Below, piece after piece: positions 26,045 through 29,608 of a stretch of DNA of 29,608 nt. Position numbers and translations under genes: made by a program. Under the pieces are notes generated by a model. It made no database searches and was not told where the DNA came from. It was given only the letters and a program-made list of their open reading frames with translations. The DNA is from a virus. Its lineage: Duplodnaviria; Heunggongvirae; Uroviricota; Caudoviricetes. The first letter of the stretch is position 1; every line of letters begins with the position of its first letter. The DNA is taken from the IMG/VR virus record IMGVR_UViG_2937414065_000001; one strand, written 5' to 3'.

Positions 26045-26299
26045 ATGAGTTACGGAGCCAAAATATGGTCGGCTTCAAAGCAAGAGATGGTTGACGCATT
26101 AGCGCCTATTTATTACCTGGATTATTTTTTGCCTTCTGGCAGCGGAAGCAGGAGTTACAACATTGAGTCAGGTATGTCTATTGATTATTACATGATGGAA
26201 ACAATCAATGGCTATTTGGGAAGTGTGTCGGTATCCGGTAACACAATTAACTGGACGGACGCTCGCGGTACAGTTTATTTATTGGTATTTCAGAAATAA
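26045..26299 (+). CDS. Small tail-tip accessory protein of the type found downstream of J in phi80/N15/T1, 84 aa
   Basis: MSYGAKI N-terminus, beta-rich, strong AAGGAGG RBS, first gene of the trio ending in cor. Confidence 0.6.
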   Translation: MSYGAKIWSASKQEMVDALAPIYYLDYFLPSGSGSRSYNIESGMSIDYYMMETINGYLGSVSVSGNTINWTDARGTVYLLVFQK

Positions 26300-26907
26300 T
26301 GTACGGAACTAAAATTGTTCGCTCTGATGGCAAGATTTGGATGTCTCCTAGTCTTACCCCTATGGTCTTTCAAAGTAAGCATGTGGTGTCACTTAAAGGG
26401 GGGAGTGAGTTCAATACGGGGCTTTCCCCAGATCGCTCTCCTATTGTCTTTGTGGCGTACTCGAAGGCAGTTTCGCTACTGGCAAGCCGATTAGTTCGCA
26501 ATAACCAGGTTATTTACAGCTTCGGCGGGGTAGGCAGCGACTCCAGTGTAACGGTGTATGTGTTCGCAACTGGCATTTCAAAAAAAGAGAAGTGGGGGAT
26601 GAGTTTCTTTAATTCATCGGGAGTGGAGATCTATAACACGGCAAATATTCCATTGTCATTTACGTTTCTTGATAATAAGAGCTGGAACAGCGGAGATAAA
26701 CACAACTTTGATTATCCAGTAGCTATTGTGCCTACATATGCTAACGCATTCGCCATACCGATGCCGGGTGGTGCGAAGACCCTAGTATACGGTTACACAT
26801 GTTATGGGAACACCGTGAGTTCAATTCTCGTTAATGAAATTAACGGTGGGGCTACATTAGCTATCAATAACCGAGTTCCAGTTTTGAACAGAAACCTCTA
26901 CGGATAA
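26299..26907 (+). CDS. Putative tail-tip receptor-binding protein, 202 aa
   Basis: MYGTKI...DG and internal WGMSFFNSSG motifs; position immediately before cor as in phi80/N15/T1-type modules; TAATG coupling. Confidence 0.55.
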   Translation: MYGTKIVRSDGKIWMSPSLTPMVFQSKHVVSLKGGSEFNTGLSPDRSPIVFVAYSKAVSLLASRLVRNNQVIYSFGGVGSDSSVTVYVFATGISKKEKWGMSFFNSSGVEIYNTANIPLSFTFLDNKSWNSGDKHNFDYPVAIVPTYANAFAIPMPGGAKTLVYGYTCYGNTVSSILVNEINGGATLAINNRVPVLNRNLYG

Positions 26908-26918
26908 CGGAGAATAGA

Positions 26919-27152
26919 ATGAAAAAGATGATATTAATTTTAGGTATGGCTTTAACTTTGACTGCGTGCCAGAAACTACCAGAGCCGGTTTGCTATGGGC
27001 GAGCAATGATAGGCGGCGTTGACACTGGTGTGCCAATCTATGCGATTAAGAAAGAAGGGCATTACACATTATACCGTGCAGGTAGTGTCTTTAACTGGCG
27101 TTGGGTCGGCTCTGGTGCTTTCACCTCACTAAGCTCATGCCCAAAAATTTAA
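26919..27152 (+). CDS. cor: Cor superinfection-exclusion lipoprotein, 77 aa
   Basis: Lipobox LTAC (Cys17, +2 Gln), PVC.G.A.IGG....V.IY and YRAG..FNWRWV...F.....C signature of phi80/N15 Cor. Confidence 0.85.
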   Translation: MKKMILILGMALTLTACQKLPEPVCYGRAMIGGVDTGVPIYAIKKEGHYTLYRAGSVFNWRWVGSGAFTSLSSCPKI

Positions 27153-27157
27153 AACTC

Positions 27158-27187
27158 ATTTTGTAGGTAAGTGCTTACCTACAAAAT
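27158..27187. promoter_or_regulatory. Palindromic operator-like site, copy 7 (core 27164-27181), extended to perfect 14-bp arms ATTTTGTAGGTAAG-TG-CTTACCTACAAAAT
   Basis: Core has 1 mismatch to consensus; upstream of the lysis cassette. Confidence 0.75.
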
Positions 27188-27244
27188 ACAGTTATATTGT
27201 GATATAAAACTGCCATCCCGATTTGACTTTTCATGGAGGAAATC

Positions 27245-27568
27245 ATGTCGAACGAGATGGCAGGCGTAACGCCTGAGCAGGTTGAACGCATTGCCGCAAT
27301 CGTTGCGCGTGAAGTCGTTGGCAAATTAGGTAAGGAGTTGCGTGAAGAAATTGGCCAGGAGGTCAATGACCAGCTCAAAACCTACTTTGGCGATATGACG
27401 CCTGCACAACACAGCATTCAGCACTCCAACCTGGACAAACTTCTTAACCGGCTCGACACCATCTCCAGCGGGTTCTTTGGCGGCATTATCTCAAAGATTA
27501 CGTCGTTCCTGATTACCGCGCTGCTGCTGGGGTTAGCCGCCTACGGCGTCAAGAATGGACTGCAATAA
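27245..27568 (+). CDS. Membrane protein with one C-terminal TM helix, putative holin/antiholin, 107 aa
   Basis: ATG 27245 with GGAGG RBS; hydrophobic IISKITSFLITALLLGLAAYGV; first gene of the lysis cassette. Confidence 0.55.
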   Translation: MSNEMAGVTPEQVERIAAIVAREVVGKLGKELREEIGQEVNDQLKTYFGDMTPAQHSIQHSNLDKLLNRLDTISSGFFGGIISKITSFLITALLLGLAAYGVKNGLQ

Positions 27569-27580
27569 AGGAGATCAAGG

Positions 27581-28273
27581 ATGAAAACTCCAAGAGGTAT
27601 TCGTAACAACAACCCAGGCAATCTCGATAAGGGGTCGCCGTGGCAGGGGCTTATTAGCAACCCTTCCGAACCACGTTTCTGCACGTTCAAAGATCCTGTA
27701 TGGGGGATTCGAGCGCTGGCGGTAACGCTCATCACTTACCACGACAAGCGCCGGGCGAAGGACGGCTCAAGCATCGATACCATTCGCGAGGTCATCGAGC
27801 GCTGGGCGCCGCCAAACGAAAACAACACCAGTGCCTACGTGAACGAGGTATCTAAAGCCGTTGGTGTCACCCCGGACATGATCATCGATCTACACGACTA
27901 CGACACTCTGCGTCCGCTGGTAGAGGCGATCATTCGGCACGAGAACGGCCGTGGCCCACTGAAAACGCCAAACACCTGGTATGCGGCAGAAGTTATTGAG
28001 GAAGGTCTGCGTCGCGCTGGCGTCGTTAAGCCGATCAAGACGGTTAAAGCGGTTCCTGTGACCAAAGAAACGGCTGGCGCAACTGTCACGGCAGGTATTG
28101 GGCTGGCGCAGCTGGCCGACGTAATGCCCCAAGTGTCTGTGGCGATGGATAAGGCACAAGGTCATATCACCAGCGGTGATACGGTTCGTATCATTTTTGG
28201 CGTAGCCACCATCATTGTGGCCGGCTTTATTGCCTGGTCTCAGGTACGCAAACACCAGAAAGGGATGGTTTAA
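27581..28273 (+). CDS. Endolysin-like lysozyme-fold protein (RGIRNNNPGN family) with hydrophobic C-terminal tail, 230 aa
   Basis: RGIRNNNPGNL, F.....GIRAL, I.RWAP..ENNT.AY, AIIRHENG motifs; located between a membrane protein and the spanins. Confidence 0.8.
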   Translation: MKTPRGIRNNNPGNLDKGSPWQGLISNPSEPRFCTFKDPVWGIRALAVTLITYHDKRRAKDGSSIDTIREVIERWAPPNENNTSAYVNEVSKAVGVTPDMIIDLHDYDTLRPLVEAIIRHENGRGPLKTPNTWYAAEVIEEGLRRAGVVKPIKTVKAVPVTKETAGATVTAGIGLAQLADVMPQVSVAMDKAQGHITSGDTVRIIFGVATIIVAGFIAWSQVRKHQKGMV

Positions 28274-28274
28274 A

Positions 28275-28526
28275 ATGTTCTGCAGCCTGGTTTCGAAGTT
28301 GAAAATTGCTCTGATTACCCTGGCTGCCGTTCTTTTCGTGCTTGTCGGTGCTTATGCGATGGGTGGTCGTGCGGCTCGGCAAGCGATCGAAGAGAAGGCA
28401 AGGCAGGAAGACAGGAAAAGGCTTCAAAGTACAGTGGACGTCAAAAATGAGACATTTAATGAAGTGCGGCGGAAAGGCGCTTCTGCTGTTCATCGTGAGC
28501 TGCATGGTAAGTGGGTGCGTGATTAA
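28275..28526 (+). CDS. i-spanin (Rz-like), 83 aa
   Basis: N-terminal TM (IALITLAAVLFVLVGAY) followed by a charged helical domain; 3' end overlaps a lipoprotein gene. Confidence 0.75.
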   Translation: MFCSLVSKLKIALITLAAVLFVLVGAYAMGGRAARQAIEEKARQEDRKRLQSTVDVKNETFNEVRRKGASAVHRELHGKWVRD

Positions 28527-28746
28527 GACACAGACTTCCGGCGTGCTCTTCTGCGATACAGCCAACCCTATCTATGTGAGTAATGAGGATTTAATGACCG
28601 AAGAGACAGAGCGGCAGATCTTGACTCACAATATGGTGGGCGAGCGTTTGTGCCAATGGAGCGGCAAAAAGCAGACGAAAGCGTGTAAGCGCCCGTGGTT
28701 AGCGGGTTTTTGGGGATTGGTCAGGTTGCAATTAGTTTGTGACTGA
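28459..28746 (+). CDS. o-spanin (Rz1-like lipoprotein), 95 aa as read
   Basis: Signal MKCGGKALLLFIVSCMVSG-C (Cys20 at 28516), FCD.A.PIY and HN..G.RLC motifs, +1 overlap with the i-spanin. ATG 28447 is an alternative start. Confidence 0.75.
   Translation: MKCGGKALLLFIVSCMVSGCVIKTQTSGVLFCDTANPIYVSNEDLMTEETERQILTHNMVGERLCQWSGKKQTKACKRPWLAGFWGLVRLQLVCD
28691..28711 (+). terminator. Probable terminator closing the lysis cassette (GCCCGT-GGTTA-GCGGGT, T-run to 28711)
   Basis: 6-bp stem with two G-U pairs and a 5-T tract; lies inside the 3' end of the o-spanin ORF. Confidence 0.45.
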
Positions 28747-28873
28747 TGTAGATTTAATCAACGAGTGTCAAGACATTCATACATTATTTCAAAGAAGCGC
28801 TGCATTCTCGTAGCCTCTAAACCCCGATGGGGTCGCCGCACGACATCAACGTCTTAACGGCTAAGGTGGAAAC

Positions 28874-29296
28874 ATGCTCAACTATCATGACAAAACACGT
28901 ACTATGCAAACGATCCGCACGAACACTGCGGTAGTCGATAGCTTCCCTATGCGTTTTCACAACAGTGAAGACTCAGTGGAAGTGCGCCGCATGTTATGTC
29001 GCGAAACAGCTGACCGCCAGCACTTCATTGTCACATTCAAAAGCGATGTTACTCGCGCAGAGAACATCTCCAACAGCACCTCAACTGTAACTCCGTTGGC
29101 AGAGGTCGTTGTGCGCAATAACAAATTGCGCTTTGTTCTCAAGCCGCAAGAACAGTACCCCGAAATTGTTGATGTTAAAGAATCCATTGTTCCAAAAATT
29201 GAGAAAGCCGTTGTACAATTCATGAAGAATAAGTTCAACGACCTCAAGGAAAGCGTTTTACCAGAACGCAAAAAAGAACAATGGCACCTTCTTTAA
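28874..29296 (+). CDS. Hypothetical protein, 140 aa
   Basis: ORF with AAGGTGG RBS; no recognised motif. Confidence 0.7.
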   Translation: MLNYHDKTRTMQTIRTNTAVVDSFPMRFHNSEDSVEVRRMLCRETADRQHFIVTFKSDVTRAENISNSTSTVTPLAEVVVRNNKLRFVLKPQEQYPEIVDVKESIVPKIEKAVVQFMKNKFNDLKESVLPERKKEQWHLL

Positions 29297-29608
29297 TTGA
29301 TGAACGCTACAACAAGCAGTTGAACAAAATGCCGCTCTCTATGGGCGGCTATACTATTTTAGAGACCTTTCATTTCGCGACACCAGAAGGCGATGTTGTT
29401 CGTCTGGTGGAGATGCGTGCCGACAAAGGCGAGTTCGACAACTTTCTCGTTGTGTATCTTTTGCCCTCCTATAACTCAGATTATCAATTTGAAGAAATCA
29501 CGCGGGTTATGGATGACGAGGGGATGAGTGCGTTTGAGGCTGCCGAACACATCATCAAAATTGAGATCGTGGATGCGACGCTCCCCCCAGAAGAGTTGAA
29601 GGTTGTGG
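29281..29608 (+). CDS. Hypothetical acidic protein, 3'-truncated by the window edge (MAPSLIDERYNKQLNKMPLSMGGY...)
   Basis: Hand translation gives 109 codons with no stop from ATG 29281; overlaps the previous gene by 16 nt; absent from the supplied ORF track. Confidence 0.7.
   Translation, partial: MAPSLIDERYNKQLNKMPLSMGGYTILETFHFATPEGDVVRLVEMRADKGEFDNFLVVYLLPSYNSDYQFEEITRVMDDEGMSAFEAAEHIIKIEIVDATLPPEELKVV

Larger units (their letters stand above)
1..29608 (+). mobile_element. Late operon region of a temperate siphovirus, probably an SSU5/pHCM2-like phage-plasmid
   Basis: Complete co-oriented head-neck-tail-fibre-lysis gene series. The SSU5-type assignment rests on recalled gene order and protein style; no replicon or integrase genes lie in the window. 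Confidence 0.85.

Noticed and set aside
26700-26918. Lysogenic promoter for cor
   Set aside because: -10-like hexamers exist (TATGCT 26737, TACATT 26853) but have no properly spaced -35, and the region is AT-rich, so no call can be supported.
1120-27181. Repeats as a CRISPR array or iterons
   Set aside because: The 18-mers are kilobases apart; the 99-bp and 120-bp repeats are in-frame coding units with synonymous divergence and no spacers.
27158-27187. Palindrome as a protelomerase (N15 telRL-like) site or LexA box
   Set aside because: Much shorter than telRL, its core is the same motif repeated at six other late genes, and it lacks the CTGT-N8-ACAG LexA signature.
6847-28342. Longest-ORF starts at 6847, 9690, 14722, 15419, 16833, 27233, 28215 and 28342
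   Set aside because: Downstream ATGs (6961, 9711, 14755, 15446, 16839, 27245, 28275, 28459) have better RBS spacing and avoid long overlaps.
28766-28771. Perfect TTGACA on the minus strand (possible antisense promoter into the lysis genes)
   Set aside because: No acceptable -10 hexamer at 16-18 bp spacing.

Overview
The whole window is the late (virion and lysis) region of a large temperate siphovirus, with all genes on the + strand. Gene order and protein families fit an SSU5/pHCM2-type enterobacterial phage-plasmid; this is inferred from recall, not from a search. Order: terminase (5'-truncated), portal, scaffold, major capsid, two paralogous decoration-like genes (one with 3 Ig domains), head-tail joining proteins, tail tube with Ig domain, G/GT chaperone, tape measure, lambda-like M/L/K/I/J tip, long side fibre with an S74 autochaperone, a T2/S16 gp38-like adhesin, an AT-rich two-gene + cor module, a lysis cassette and two unknown genes. 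The most notable sequence-level observations are: (1) seven copies of an 18-bp palindrome TARGTAAGTACTTACYTA placed just upstream of late cistrons; (2) a dnaX-like signal (GGGGAG, 9 nt, CCCAAAG, -1 frame stop) exactly at the tail tube/Ig junction that would remove rather than add the Ig domain; (3) a gp38 N-terminal attachment domain fused to a tip lacking polyglycine motifs; (4) a 48-aa domain shared by two adjacent post-capsid genes; (5) an endolysin with a C-terminal membrane segment. No tRNA, rRNA, CRISPR, IS or integrase was seen. All assignments are by eye from motifs.
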